A stretch of 62,438 nucleotides of DNA, filler included, from Bdellovibrionota bacterium (GCA_963169515.1; 5 parts of 5 records of this genome joined end to end with filler, not necessarily neighbours in it), one strand, 5' to 3'; positions 1-9,485 are shown, counted from the first letter of the whole stretch. Translations and numbers: made by a program. The notes: generated from the letters alone by a model not told the origin.

Positions 1-1009
1 GCAAGTAGATCAAGCAAAAAAACTTAAAGATCTAGAACGCGAGAATGATCGTTTAAAAAAGCTGGTTGCAAACTTGAGTTTAGACAATGCGATTTTAAAG
101 GAAGTATCCAAGGGAAACTTCTAAGCCCGACAAGACGAACAAGGGCTGTAGAACATGTGGTGAAAGAACTGAATGTTTCACAGCGTAGAGCTTGTTGGGC
201 TTTAAACCATCATAGATCAACACAGCGGTATAAACCCAAGAAAAATGAATTTAACGAGCGACTGACGTTGCGAGTCGTTGAATTAGCAAGTCAGTACGGC
301 AGATATGGTTACCGCAGGATTACTGGAATACTGAACAATGAGGGCTGGCGTGTGAATAAAAAGCGAGTTGAGCGGATATGGAAAATAGAGGGACTAAAAG
401 TTCCACAGAAGCAACCAAAACGTGGAAGGTTATGGTTTAACGAGGGATCGTGTATTCGAATGCGTCCTGAGTATCCGAATCACGTGTGGAGCTATGATTT
501 TGTGAATGATCGTACGCACGATGGGCGAAGTTTGAAGATGTTGACTGTAATAGATGAATATACGAGGGAATGTTTAACAATTAAAACGAAGAGAAAATTA
601 AATTCGTTCGATGTATTAGAAACACTTGGGGATTTATTTTTGATTTATGGAACACCCGGGTATATTCGTTCAGACAACGGTCCAGAGTTTATTGCCAAGA
701 TTTTACGTCAATGGCTTGGAAGATTGAAAGTCGGAACGCTTTACATCGAGCCAGGGAGTCCATGGGAAAACGGTTACATAGAATCATTTAACGGAAAACT
801 CAGAGATGAGCTTTTGAATGGAGAAGTCTTTTACTCACTAAAAGAAGCTCAGATATTAACGGAGTGGTGGAAGAAGCATTATAATCATGTCAGACCCCAC
901 AGCTCATTGAATTATAAACCACCGGCACCATTAACTATTACATCAGGGAAAATACATGTTGCTTGATGAAAAGACTAATTGTACTGGTACAAACCGTGGG
1001 GGCAGGTCA
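1..1009 (+). mobile_element. IS3-family (IS407-like) insertion sequence, left end cut by the window edge
   Basis: orfA tail in frame 2 (..[30 protein letters not shown], stop 122-124). G-GGA-AAC -1 slippery site at 112-118 leads into the orfB frame. Right end ..GTGGGGGCAGGTCA ends at 1009. Confidence 0.92.
157..966 (+). CDS. IS3 transposase OrfB (rve/DDE integrase core), probably expressed as an OrfAB frameshift fusion
   Basis: [40 protein letters not shown] and [10 protein letters not shown] motifs. Confidence 0.95.
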   Translation: MVKELNVSQRRACWALNHHRSTQRYKPKKNEFNERLTLRVVELASQYGRYGYRRITGILNNEGWRVNKKRVERIWKIEGLKVPQKQPKRGRLWFNEGSCIRMRPEYPNHVWSYDFVNDRTHDGRSLKMLTVIDEYTRECLTIKTKRKLNSFDVLETLGDLFLIYGTPGYIRSDNGPEFIAKILRQWLGRLKVGTLYIEPGSPWENGYIESFNGKLRDELLNGEVFYSLKEAQILTEWWKKHYNHVRPHSSLNYKPPAPLTITSGKIHVA

Positions 1010-1010
1010 T

Positions 1011-1139
1011 CCCTATCAAGTTAAAGAATGGACAATTCCGAAAGGTCAAAAAATTATTGAAGGTTTAGCCAATCCGCAATTTGGCAAACAAGGCGGCGGA
1101 TATCAAATTTATATTCCTAACAATGAGGTCCTAAAATGA
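1011..1139 (+). pseudogene. 3' remnant of a polymorphic-toxin C-terminal domain cut by IS3
   Basis: Open frame from the IS end: PYQVKEWTIPKGQKIIEGLANPQFGKQGGGYQIYIPNNEVLK*. The PQ-x-GGG-x-Q pattern recalls TNT/Rhs ADP-ribosyltransferase-like tips. Its stop overlaps the next ATG. Confidence 0.6.
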
Positions 1140-1414
1140 AAGAGGAGTTCCTCGCACTTGCCACATCCGTCTTACGCCGGCTTGAGAATATTCTGTCTGA
1201 AACTGAACTAAAAGAAGATTACGTTTACAAAAAGATTCCACAACTTGTAAATGAAGTGACAACATGGAATTTTTCAAGCCCAAAAACAGATATAGGATTA
1301 GCCGCAATTAAATTGGAAGACATGGGTATTTATAAGGAAAAAAAAATTGTAGACGATCTTGTGCATCTGAGTGAGCTTTATCGTCTGATGCAAAAACCCG
1401 CGGCACGAAAATAA
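1136..1414 (+). CDS. Small hypothetical protein, candidate cognate immunity protein
   Basis: 92 aa, ATGA-coupled to the toxin remnant, GAGG RBS upstream. Confidence 0.55.
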   Translation: MKEEFLALATSVLRRLENILSETELKEDYVYKKIPQLVNEVTTWNFSSPKTDIGLAAIKLEDMGIYKEKKIVDDLVHLSELYRLMQKPAARK

Positions 1415-1491
1415 CGAAACCGATGACGACAGTCTATTTCCCATTGTTTCCCTGCGTATCCCAGCCGATTTTCATAAATTCCAGCGCAAAA

Positions 1492-1566
1492 TATGGACTC
1501 ATTATGGACACCAAAAATTAAATAAAGTAGTATTAAGCAGTTACGGAAGTGTTTCCGCCTCCACCA
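1492..1566 (+). other. Putative integrative-element attachment site (tmRNA/tRNA 3'-end-like core plus arm-type repeats)
   Basis: CCGCCTCCACCA at 1555-1566; tandem TATGGACTC and TATGGACAC at 1492-1511. Confidence 0.45.
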
Positions 1567-1587
1567 ATTTTTTTTAAATCATGAAAT

Positions 1588-1866
1588 TTATGCCGACAGT
1601 TTCTTCTTCAACAACGCGACCTCTTTTTCGAGCCGCTCAAGCCGAGAAACCTCTGCATCTTTATTATCTACAGATTGACGAAGCAACCGATTGAGCAATG
1701 TTTGATAAGGGACACCCGTTCTATCCGCTATAACCTTAAGTGCACTCAGAACATCTTCGTCAATATTCACCGTGATTTTGATTTTTTTGGCCTTGACGAT
1801 GGCCTCACGGATTTTTTTTGTTCCTTTTTCATCATAAACCAAATCACTTATTTTTGGCTTTTTCAT
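1588..1866 (-). CDS. brnA: BrnA/CopG-like antitoxin
   Basis: KITVNIDEDVL..GVPYQTLLNRLLR motif; overlaps the upstream BrnT gene. Confidence 0.8.
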   Translation of the reverse strand: MKKPKISDLVYDEKGTKKIREAIVKAKKIKITVNIDEDVLSALKVIADRTGVPYQTLLNRLLRQSVDNKDAEVSRLERLEKEVALLKKKLSA

Positions 1867-2125
1867 GGTATATCCTTTTCATCTGGCGCCATTCAGCGCA
1901 TCCAATTATTCTTATCTTCGAGCCCCGGATCGTAAACCTGACCGTCAACACTCTTCCGGCCAATGTTTGACCAACCCAATAATAACGCTCCTCACTTTTC
2001 GAGTGCTTTTTGTCGGACAGTTGAATGCCATCCGGATCTCGAAAACACTCGACGGCCTCAGTGAAACTACAGCCGTGCTTTGAGATATTCTGCTTTTCCT
2101 TGCTGTAATCCCACTCAAACTCCAT
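1844..2125 (-). CDS. brnT: BrnT family ribonuclease toxin
   Basis: MEFEWD..K..NISKHGCSF.EA, HS..EERY, RIIG motifs; alternative start at 2140. Confidence 0.9.
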   Translation of the reverse strand: MEFEWDYSKEKQNISKHGCSFTEAVECFRDPDGIQLSDKKHSKSEERYYWVGQTLAGRVLTVRFTIRGSKIRIIGCAEWRQMKRIYHEKAKNK

Positions 2126-2145
2126 GCTCGATGTTACCATATTGA

Positions 2146-2161
2146 TATGTATAAATACATA
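2146..2161. promoter_or_regulatory. Palindromic operator upstream of brnTA
   Basis: TATGTAT-AA-ATACATA perfect inverted repeat. Confidence 0.55.
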
Positions 2162-2314
2162 CTTTTTTTAAACTTTTCCTCGAATAGAGCGCGGCCTCAA
2201 AACTAAGCCACCTAGAGACGGATTTCACTCAATAGACCATAACCGAACATCGGAGCCATTTTCCATTTCACGCAAAGACACCCTTCTCTGGCCCATCCTA
2301 ATAAAAAAGTATAT

Positions 2315-2674
2315 TTAAGGGTTTGGCCACTCTGGCATCTTTGAGATCGTAAAACTTGCCGGAAGGCCATTGTTGGTCATGTCACCGTTAACAAGTTTCT
2401 TAACACGCTCTAAAGGATAAAGTACATCTAGTTCCTGTGCCTTGATATAAAGCGCATCGATTAAGTCTTTACATGTTCCCTGAGCTTCGCAAGTGTTTAT
2501 AAATTGCCACAAACCAGTCTGGTCATGCGTGCTTCCAATCGCTCCCCCAAATCCAGTAATATGAATTGATGGATCTAACTGAAGCGTTCGTAAATCTTTT
2601 AGAGGCTTAAGTCCCCGAAATTGTTTTTCGAGTTTAAGCATGCCTGTCACCTCCGCCAAACTAATCTTACGCAC
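2315..2674 (-). CDS. Hypothetical protein coupled downstream of higA
   Basis: 119-aa ORF with GTG start overlapping the higA stop; no family recognised. Confidence 0.45.
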   Translation of the reverse strand: MRKISLAEVTGMLKLEKQFRGLKPLKDLRTLQLDPSIHITGFGGAIGSTHDQTGLWQFINTCEAQGTCKDLIDALYIKAQELDVLYPLERVKKLVNGDMTNNGLPASFTISKMPEWPNP

Positions 2675-2930
2675 TTCTCGTTTTCATTGCGCGATCCAGA
2701 TCATAGGTAGCTTGCAGATTCATCCATAGTTTTGCTGATGTCCCCAAAGCATCTGCCAAATCGAGCGCAGTATCTGCAGTAATCCCACGTTTACCTTTGA
2801 TCAATTCGTTCAATTTCGCTTTGGTCCAATTCAGTTTTTTTGCAAATTCAGCTTGGGTTAGACCCATAGGCTCAAGAAACTCTTCAAGAAGCATTTCACC
2901 GGGATGGAATGGATTTTTGGGTTGTCTCAT
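2667..2930 (-). CDS. higA: HigA family antitoxin (XRE HTH)
   Basis: HPGEMLLEEFLEP, ITADTALDLA, WMNLQ motifs. Confidence 0.93.
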   Translation of the reverse strand: MRQPKNPFHPGEMLLEEFLEPMGLTQAEFAKKLNWTKAKLNELIKGKRGITADTALDLADALGTSAKLWMNLQATYDLDRAMKTRSA

Positions 2931-2939
2931 AAAATACTC

Positions 2940-3233
2940 CTATTTGTGATAGTCCAATACTTTCACTTCGCTCGCCCCACCTTTAGACCATTTGAAGATC
3001 ACTCTCCATTGATCATTGATTCGAATCGAATAAAAGCCTTGTAGATCACCTTTCAAAGCCTCTAGTCGATTTCCAGGCGGAACACGCAAGTCCGTCAAAT
3101 TATCAGCATCGTGCAAGTACAGAATCTTACGTCGGCCCACTCGATATAGTTCAGATGGAAAACGTCGAGTGTGCCTTGACTTTCTATCGTCAAATAGATC
3201 CTGTGCCAGTTGATTGCCAAAGCTGATAATCAT
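2940..3233 (-). CDS. higB: HigB (RelE/ParE) toxin
   Basis: DLRVPPGNRLEALKGD..YSIRINDQWRV..DYH. Confidence 0.93.
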   Translation of the reverse strand: MIISFGNQLAQDLFDDRKSRHTRRFPSELYRVGRRKILYLHDADNLTDLRVPPGNRLEALKGDLQGFYSIRINDQWRVIFKWSKGGASEVKVLDYHK

Positions 3234-3242
3234 ATTATGATA

Positions 3243-3268
3243 TTATCGAAATTCGATAACTTTAGCAA
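3243..3268 (-). promoter_or_regulatory. higBA promoter with HigA-type operator
   Basis: TTATCGAA-A-TTCGATAA palindrome (3243-3259) lies between TTGCTA and TAATAT (17-nt spacing) on the minus strand. Confidence 0.6.
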
Positions 3269-3363
3269 GTGTTTTTATTGGAAACTCGTCAGTAATTATC
3301 AACGCAGCTTTTCTACATGGAGACGAAACACCGCATCCCGCTGCCAACAGAGAAGAACCAAAC

Positions 3364-3882
3364 CTAAGCAGGATAAGTAATTTCTTTGCCGCGGATTTTT
3401 GCAAAGGATGTTAGCTTATGTGGTCGCAGCGACGACTTGGTAAAAATCTCTTGAACGGGATAACCATAAGCAAGTAACGCGTCGGCAATTAAAGAGCGGT
3501 GGCATCGCCATGGTAATGCCTCAGCACACATGATGGCCAAGCGCTTGCGCTTGGAGAGTGCAATCAAACGGCGCAAGTTTTTTTTGAATTCCACAGTTTG
3601 CATATAGTCGGCATAACCGCGGAAAGATTTCAAGCGCCAACCCATATTTACAGAATTTTTGTTGGTGTGCCGAAACCCACCCAAGCCATCCATATGAAGG
3701 TAGGCTATCCCATGATGAGCCAATGCCTTTTTCAAGCGTTCTTTGCCGAACTGTGGGTTATGCCGCGATTTAGGAATTGTACGAACGTCTACCAATAACC
3801 TTAATTTGTAGGCCTGAAGTATTTTAACAAACTCTTGAATCGTGTGATTGGAATGTCCGACGGTATAAATTCGACCTGACAC
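3364..3882 (-). CDS. DUF488 domain protein
   Basis: IYTVGHS, LVDVR..P.SR, MCAEALPWRCHRSLIAD motifs. Confidence 0.9.
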   Translation of the reverse strand: MSGRIYTVGHSNHTIQEFVKILQAYKLRLLVDVRTIPKSRHNPQFGKERLKKALAHHGIAYLHMDGLGGFRHTNKNSVNMGWRLKSFRGYADYMQTVEFKKNLRRLIALSKRKRLAIMCAEALPWRCHRSLIADALLAYGYPVQEIFTKSSLRPHKLTSFAKIRGKEITYPA

Positions 3883-3982
3883 CTGCTCAAGCTACGCTTT
3901 TCTTGTGCACTTACCAAGAAATTTAAATTAATAGTTATTCTTTTGCCAACGGTGGGGTGTGATTGGCCCTGCTTTGAAAAAA

Positions 3983-4459
3983 TTATGCGCTTGCTTTCGC
4001 ACTCAAAAGACGCGTGAACCAATCTCGCTCTGGAGTGAGATCAAACCCGACGTTTTCTCCGCCGCGAAGTATAGCCGTAAACACTTGCTTGAGCGAATCG
4101 ACCTCGTCGTGCATACCTGCGCTGAGAGCTTCTTCAGCTGCCTCAAAAACGCTCACTAAATCCGTTGTGGTAACCACCTTTGGCAGCTTTTCAAATTTTA
4201 AACCTGGCAAAGGCATTGGCTTGAAGCCGATCAATTCATCGGTCACAAGAATTTTTTTGCCACATACAAAGTTCACCTGAAGAAACGGCTTGTGTTCGGT
4301 CTCATCCCGAAAAAGCACTTCTTCAATTTCAGAAAAATCAATTTTTATATATTTATTATCTTGTTTTTGAGAAATTTCGAGTGAGTTTGTTTTCAGGTTA
4401 TATTGAAGGCCCACAGAACTCTTCACATGTTCTAACAGTTTATCCAACTTTTCTTTCAT
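3983..4459 (-). CDS. Conserved hypothetical protein
   Basis: 158-aa ORF with AGGA RBS and an upstream sigma28-like promoter. Confidence 0.7.
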   Translation of the reverse strand: MKEKLDKLLEHVKSSVGLQYNLKTNSLEISQKQDNKYIKIDFSEIEEVLFRDETEHKPFLQVNFVCGKKILVTDELIGFKPMPLPGLKFEKLPKVVTTTDLVSVFEAAEEALSAGMHDEVDSLKQVFTAILRGGENVGFDLTPERDWFTRLLSAKASA

Positions 4460-4506
4460 CTGCTTTTCTTTCCTGTTGGCCTTCGACCCTCTTTAGGCTC
4501 ACCTTC

Positions 4507-4533
4507 TTTTCGACCCGCTTTCACCTGACTTTA
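4507..4533 (-). promoter_or_regulatory. sigma28 (FliA)-like promoter
   Basis: Minus strand TAAA-N15-GTCGAAAA. Confidence 0.5.
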
Positions 4534-4686
4534 AGAAAAAGCCCTATGGTTTTCATAATCTAGCTTTGAGTACCGTAACCAAATTAGACACTCCGTTTAT
4601 GTTTCTCAAAACCATACAATTTGCTAAATAAAAGTGTTATAAAGTTTAACAGCTTTCATATTTCTTTGGAAAAAGGTAGGTTTAAA

Positions 4687-4995
4687 ATGCTCGTTTCTCG
4701 ATGGCAAGCGCCTGTAATACCGACCGCAGAGCAGGTTAAAATGATGTTCCAAATGGAGGGATTAACCGCCCAAGAGGAAGTCTATGCAATTAACGGCACG
4801 ATCAAAGAGCACAAACACCCGTTCGATGAAATACGGATGGTCGTCCGAGGAGAATTGCGAGTAAATGTTGCCGGAAACCATCTTCTTTTGCGTCCAGGTG
4901 ACCGTATTGAAATTTCTTCGAACACCCGCCATGAAAAAAGTGTCAACGGAAACGAAGAGTGCGTCTGCATTGTAGCGTTTCGACCGCCCCTATGA
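4687..4995 (+). CDS. Cupin domain protein
   Basis: HKHPFDE..V.GE..L.PGD.I....H cupin motifs. Confidence 0.85.
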   Translation: MLVSRWQAPVIPTAEQVKMMFQMEGLTAQEEVYAINGTIKEHKHPFDEIRMVVRGELRVNVAGNHLLLRPGDRIEISSNTRHEKSVNGNEECVCIVAFRPPL

Positions 4996-5067
4996 ACTGG
5001 GGGAAAATCATCAAAGTTTTGCTTGCACTAATCTGTGCAGCAATCGTTATGAAAATGTATTTGGGGC

Positions 5068-6372
5068 CTATTTTCTTTTAAGCCAGGCCAGGTATTCTTT
5101 CATTTTCTTTTCGTAACCATGGTCTGAAGGCTCAAAAAACTTTTTGCCATCAATGTCTGCTGGTAGAAATTTTTGATCGGTCCAACCCCTTTCGCTGTCG
5201 TGTGCATATTGATAACCCATACCATAGTCCAGATTCTTCATCATTTTGGTTGGAGCATTCCGAATATCGAGTGGAATCTTAAGCAGACCGGATCTTTTGA
5301 CTTCTGCTTGTGCTGCCCTGAGACCCGCATAGGAGGCGTTCGATTTTGGGCTACACGCAAGATAGGTTACAACTTGAGCGAGGTTAATGGCTGCCTCTGG
5401 CAAGCCTATAAGCTGGACGGCCTGCATACCTGAGATCGCGATGGATAATGCCCGTGGGTCTGCGTTTCCAATATCTTCCGAGGCCAATACTACCAGTCGT
5501 CGAGCGATGAAAATTGGATCCTCGCCACCCTCCAAAAGTCGAGCAAGATAATAAAGGCCAGCATCGGCATCGCTTCCACGGATGCTTTTTATAAATGCAG
5601 AAATCGTATCATAGTGCGCGTCAGCAGATTTGTCGTGATAAAGCGGAACGTGATCCAGAATCTTTTTTAGCTCTTCAATTGAAAGTGGAAACCGATTGTC
5701 ATGATCGGACTTGAAAACTTGAACGATTTGATCCACGAAATTCAACAACCGACGGGCGTCCCCACTCGCAATGTGCACCAAAGCAAAACGTGCATCATCA
5801 GAAAATATGTCGTGAGAAGCCACATCAAGGTTGTGAGTTGCCTTTTCAAGTATTCGATCCATCGCGGCCCCATCAAGGGATTCGAAGACCACCAACCGGC
5901 TTCTGCTCAGTAATGCAGAATTCACCTCAAAGCTTGGATTTTCTGTCGTTGCGCCCAGTAAAACAATGTCACCCTTTTCAACAAACGGTAACAACACATC
6001 TTGCTGGGCTTTATTCAGACGGTGGATTTCATCGACAAATAACACCGTTCCTATTTGATGCATGCGCCGACGATCTTGGGCACGCATACATTCTTCGCGT
6101 AATTCTTTTGCGCCTGTAGCAATCGCGTTCAAGCTGACAAATTCTTTTTTTGTGGTCTTTGCAAGCACATGAGCAAACGTGGTTTTTCCACAGCCTGGCG
6201 GCCCCCACAAAATTAAGCTAGGAACCTGGTCTTTCTGGATTAGATCTCGCAATACAGAACCAGGTCGAAAGATTTTTTCCTGTCCCAAGATGTCTTCGAG
6301 GGTTTGTGGGCGCAGCCTTTCTGCAAGCGGGGTATCACTATGCGGACCCTGATTGTATGAGAATAAATCCAT
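5068..6372 (-). CDS. rarA: Replication-associated recombination protein A (MgsA/RarA AAA+ ATPase)
   Basis: PLAERLRP, GPPGCGKTT, DEIHR, GATTENPSF, SAFIKSIRGSD, ASEDIGNADP. Confidence 0.96.
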   Translation of the reverse strand: MDLFSYNQGPHSDTPLAERLRPQTLEDILGQEKIFRPGSVLRDLIQKDQVPSLILWGPPGCGKTTFAHVLAKTTKKEFVSLNAIATGAKELREECMRAQDRRRMHQIGTVLFVDEIHRLNKAQQDVLLPFVEKGDIVLLGATTENPSFEVNSALLSRSRLVVFESLDGAAMDRILEKATHNLDVASHDIFSDDARFALVHIASGDARRLLNFVDQIVQVFKSDHDNRFPLSIEELKKILDHVPLYHDKSADAHYDTISAFIKSIRGSDADAGLYYLARLLEGGEDPIFIARRLVVLASEDIGNADPRALSIAISGMQAVQLIGLPEAAINLAQVVTYLACSPKSNASYAGLRAAQAEVKRSGLLKIPLDIRNAPTKMMKNLDYGMGYQYAHDSERGWTDQKFLPADIDGKKFFEPSDHGYEKKMKEYLAWLKRK

Positions 6373-6454
6373 TCACCGTCTTTACCATCCTGGCAGATGC
6401 GGCGCAATGTGCGCTGCAGTCGACAAACTGGCTGCCCTTTCTTACGATTAACGG

Positions 6455-7093
6455 ATGTTTCATGCTCTCATTACAATTTGGTTCGGGTGGCTTCAGGATT
6501 GGGGCTACTGGGGGGTGTTCTTCCTAATGGCCATGGAAAGCACAATCATCCCCATCCCGTCTGAAATAATTATTCCACCCGCAGCCTTTTGGGCAAGTCA
6601 GGGCAAAATGTCGATTATGGGAGTGGTTCTTGCCGGAACACTGGGGAGCTACCTTGGCTCAGCCATAAGTTACATTGTATTACGATGGGCAGGAGAAAAT
6701 TTTCTGAAAAGGTACGGGAAGTATATTTTTATAAAACCCAATCAAATTGAAATGGCCAGCCGCTGGGCCAACGATCATGGTGTCTTTGGAATTTTCATGG
6801 CACGGTTCCTACCAGTGATTAGACATTTAATTTCTATGCCTGCCGGCTTTCTGAAAATGAATTTTTTATGGTTCTCTGTTGCTACAACATTGGGTGCAGG
6901 GGCTTGGTGTGGGATTCTCGCGTGGTTTGGACAAAAAACCTTGGGCGCAAACCCAACCTTATTAAATAGCCCTGAGGAAATGATGCATGTACTGCGACAT
7001 AATTTATTGTGGTTTATTGTGGCTGTCGCTGTCATTCTGGCTCTGTATATTTTTGTTGTTTCCCTAAAGAATAAACATCGCACTGGAGTTTAA
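6455..7093 (+). CDS. DedA family membrane protein
   Basis: ESTIIPIPSE and ARFLPVIRHLISMPAG motifs. Confidence 0.92.
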   Translation: MFHALITIWFGWLQDWGYWGVFFLMAMESTIIPIPSEIIIPPAAFWASQGKMSIMGVVLAGTLGSYLGSAISYIVLRWAGENFLKRYGKYIFIKPNQIEMASRWANDHGVFGIFMARFLPVIRHLISMPAGFLKMNFLWFSVATTLGAGAWCGILAWFGQKTLGANPTLLNSPEEMMHVLRHNLLWFIVAVAVILALYIFVVSLKNKHRTGV

Positions 7094-7911
7094 TGAGACA
7101 AATTTTTATAGGCGCTTGCATTTGGATTGCAACAGTATCTGCCTATTCAGAGTCTCGCTGTAATGAGAGATTCGATACAGATCAAAATCCAATTTCGATG
7201 AAATGTACCTATCGCCAAAGACTTGTTTCAGCGGGGTTCAACGCCCCAAGATTTGTAAAATATCAGCTGCCGATTGGCGCTCCACCTGCTACGGGCTGGC
7301 CCGCTGTCATCATTTATCAGGGTAGCTATTTTACTGTCGAATTTTCACGCCTAAATGGTCTACCCTATGGGGCATATCATGAAATCGAGTTGATCAGAAA
7401 ATTGCTGGATAATGGGTATGCCGTGTTCGCACCGCGAGCCGCAGCACATATCGCTTGGATGACAAACTTACAATTCTTAGATTATGAAATGACAGGGGAC
7501 TTTGCCTTCATTTCGAACCTGATAGAAGAAATTTCCACAGGGGAGTTTGGTCCTATCGATTCAAAAAGATTATACGCAACTGGAATTTCCAGTGGCGGTT
7601 ACAACACAAGCCGCATGGCCGTATCTTTTCCAGGCGCTTTTAAGGCCCTTGCAATTCAGTCAGCGTCTTATGCCACATGCATGGGGTCCACATGTAGCGT
7701 TCCCGATGCGCTGCCTTCGAATCATCCACCCACGCTGCTACTTCATGGTGAAAAGGATCTGATTGTTCCTCTCTTTACAGCAAAAATGTATACCAAATCT
7801 TTGATCGCAAATGGGATTCAAAATAAACTCATTGTGAACCGAGGGGCAGGACACCAATGGATACCAGAAGCATCGGAAGAAATATTGACTTGGTTTGAAC
7901 AACACCGCTAA
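7093..7911 (+). CDS. phaZ: Extracellular medium-chain-length PHA depolymerase
   Basis: Signal peptide; ATGISSGGYNTSRMAVSFPG lipase box; SYATC..C.VP..LP..HPPTL.LHG..D and GHQW, as in the Pseudomonas GK13-type mcl-PhaZ family. Confidence 0.85.
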   Translation: MRQIFIGACIWIATVSAYSESRCNERFDTDQNPISMKCTYRQRLVSAGFNAPRFVKYQLPIGAPPATGWPAVIIYQGSYFTVEFSRLNGLPYGAYHEIELIRKLLDNGYAVFAPRAAAHIAWMTNLQFLDYEMTGDFAFISNLIEEISTGEFGPIDSKRLYATGISSGGYNTSRMAVSFPGAFKALAIQSASYATCMGSTCSVPDALPSNHPPTLLLHGEKDLIVPLFTAKMYTKSLIANGIQNKLIVNRGAGHQWIPEASEEILTWFEQHR

Positions 7912-7920
7912 AGGAAAGCT

Positions 7921-8439
7921 ATGAATTCGGAGATTTTAGACATTGGATGCGGGAGCAATAAATATCCCGGTTCTTATGGTGTTGATATTCATCCATACAA
8001 CGGTGTAGACAAAGTTATCAATCTTGATAAATCCCCATGGGATCTCCCCTCGAATACGTACAGCAGGATCTATGCAACCCACATCATTGAACACGTCGAA
8101 GATCTTGTTAGCTTTATGCGCGAGCTCCACCGAATTTCAAAGCCAGGTGGCGAAGTTATCGTTACAACCCCACATTTTTCATCATTTAACTCGTGGGCAG
8201 ATCCAACCCATCGTCGACATATGAGTACAAATTGGTATGAACTTTTTGATACCGGATATCTCGCCGCCCAAACTGGTCGATTTGAATGCATTTCATCAGT
8301 GGTGTTCTTTGGCAAATCGCTTCGAAATTTAATTGGAAAACTGCTTGTTCACATTCGAGGGTTGCGGGCGTGGGAAAAGTCCAGCGCCTTCACATTTCCA
8401 GGCATGGATATTAAAACCGTACTAAAAGTTATAAAATAA
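7921..8439 (+). CDS. Class I SAM-dependent methyltransferase
   Basis: LDIGCG, HIIEHV, KPGG and DPTH motifs. Confidence 0.88.
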   Translation: MNSEILDIGCGSNKYPGSYGVDIHPYNGVDKVINLDKSPWDLPSNTYSRIYATHIIEHVEDLVSFMRELHRISKPGGEVIVTTPHFSSFNSWADPTHRRHMSTNWYELFDTGYLAAQTGRFECISSVVFFGKSLRNLIGKLLVHIRGLRAWEKSSAFTFPGMDIKTVLKVIK

Positions 8440-8449
8440 AGAGCGCTTT

Positions 8450-9418
8450 TTAATTTGCGATGTTTATAATCAGCTTCGTGTTACCCTTGAAATATTCTGG
8501 GTTTAATTGCGGAGGCAAACAACTTCCTGTTGGGCATACATTCGGCATACGCGGTGGAAGCGGCAACGATGGATTTTTTTTGTTCCTGTCGGCAATATTC
8601 GAATCTAAATCCTTTTTCGTATCGTCGCCCATTTGATCCATCATAGTTGGCGGCGCCATACCATTTGGCCCTCTCTCTGGCTCCATGCCACCGCTTGAAT
8701 CGTTTTTGCCGTCGTTAGCAGGCACACGCTTACCATCGCCATCAAATTGTGGATCTGGTGGGTTTGGCGCCTTGTCCGCATCCGTTTGATTATTCATCGT
8801 TTGCATTTCCAGCGGGTTTGCATTTACTGGCAATGATGGCTGACTGCGATTGCTCGCCACCGTAAACTGGCCTGGAGTCACAAACACAGGGTTTGCAATT
8901 CGGCCCAAGCTATCGAATCCCTTTCCAACCTCTACCTTACCTTTAAACGTAAAAATTTTTGCAACCCGAGTTGCCCTGTTATACTGAACAACGAAATCTG
9001 TGCCACGAACCCCAGCAACAGCTGAGGCCGTTTTTACGTGGAACCGATTTTTCTCACCATCATATTTTTGATTTACCGTATTTCGAACCTTCCCGTAGAG
9101 AACATTAATTGAAACATCCTTTTTGTTTTCCTCTGGATTATATACATATTTTTCTAAAATGAACTTTGAATCTGGAGAAATATTAATTACATTCTTATCG
9201 ATCATTACCAGTTTTGCGCGAGAATCTTTGCCTGTTAAAATGGCGTCACCAGGGAAAATCTTGAATCCAACTTTCGCTTTTTCAGTTTTTTTAGATTTAA
9301 AAACTTCAACCTTGACGTCCCCTTTTACAATCATCAAAACGCCATGGGTGTCTGCCGCATTTGCCGAAAATCCGACGAGAAGTAGACCCGCTACGAAGAA
9401 ATTATATAACCTGCACAT
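8450..9418 (-). CDS. Secreted FecR-domain protein with Pro/Asp-rich tail
   Basis: Signal peptide; GD.I.TG..S and T.SAVAGVRGTDF motifs. Confidence 0.85.
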   Translation of the reverse strand: MCRLYNFFVAGLLLVGFSANAADTHGVLMIVKGDVKVEVFKSKKTEKAKVGFKIFPGDAILTGKDSRAKLVMIDKNVINISPDSKFILEKYVYNPEENKKDVSINVLYGKVRNTVNQKYDGEKNRFHVKTASAVAGVRGTDFVVQYNRATRVAKIFTFKGKVEVGKGFDSLGRIANPVFVTPGQFTVASNRSQPSLPVNANPLEMQTMNNQTDADKAPNPPDPQFDGDGKRVPANDGKNDSSGGMEPERGPNGMAPPTMMDQMGDDTKKDLDSNIADRNKKNPSLPLPPRMPNVCPTGSCLPPQLNPEYFKGNTKLIINIAN

Positions 9419-9457
9419 ACTTCCCCCAAAATACGTTCATCAACCAGAGCTTAATAT

Positions 9458-9485
9458 TTTTCGGCCTTAGCCAGCACCAACTTAA
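9458..9485 (-). promoter_or_regulatory. sigma28 (FliA)-like promoter of the FecR gene
   Basis: Minus strand TAAG-N15-GCCGAAAA. Confidence 0.6.

Noticed and set aside
1540..1566. tRNA or tmRNA gene ending in CCACCA
   Set aside because: No T-arm (GTTCGA) or acceptor-stem partner upstream; only a 12-bp 3' fragment.
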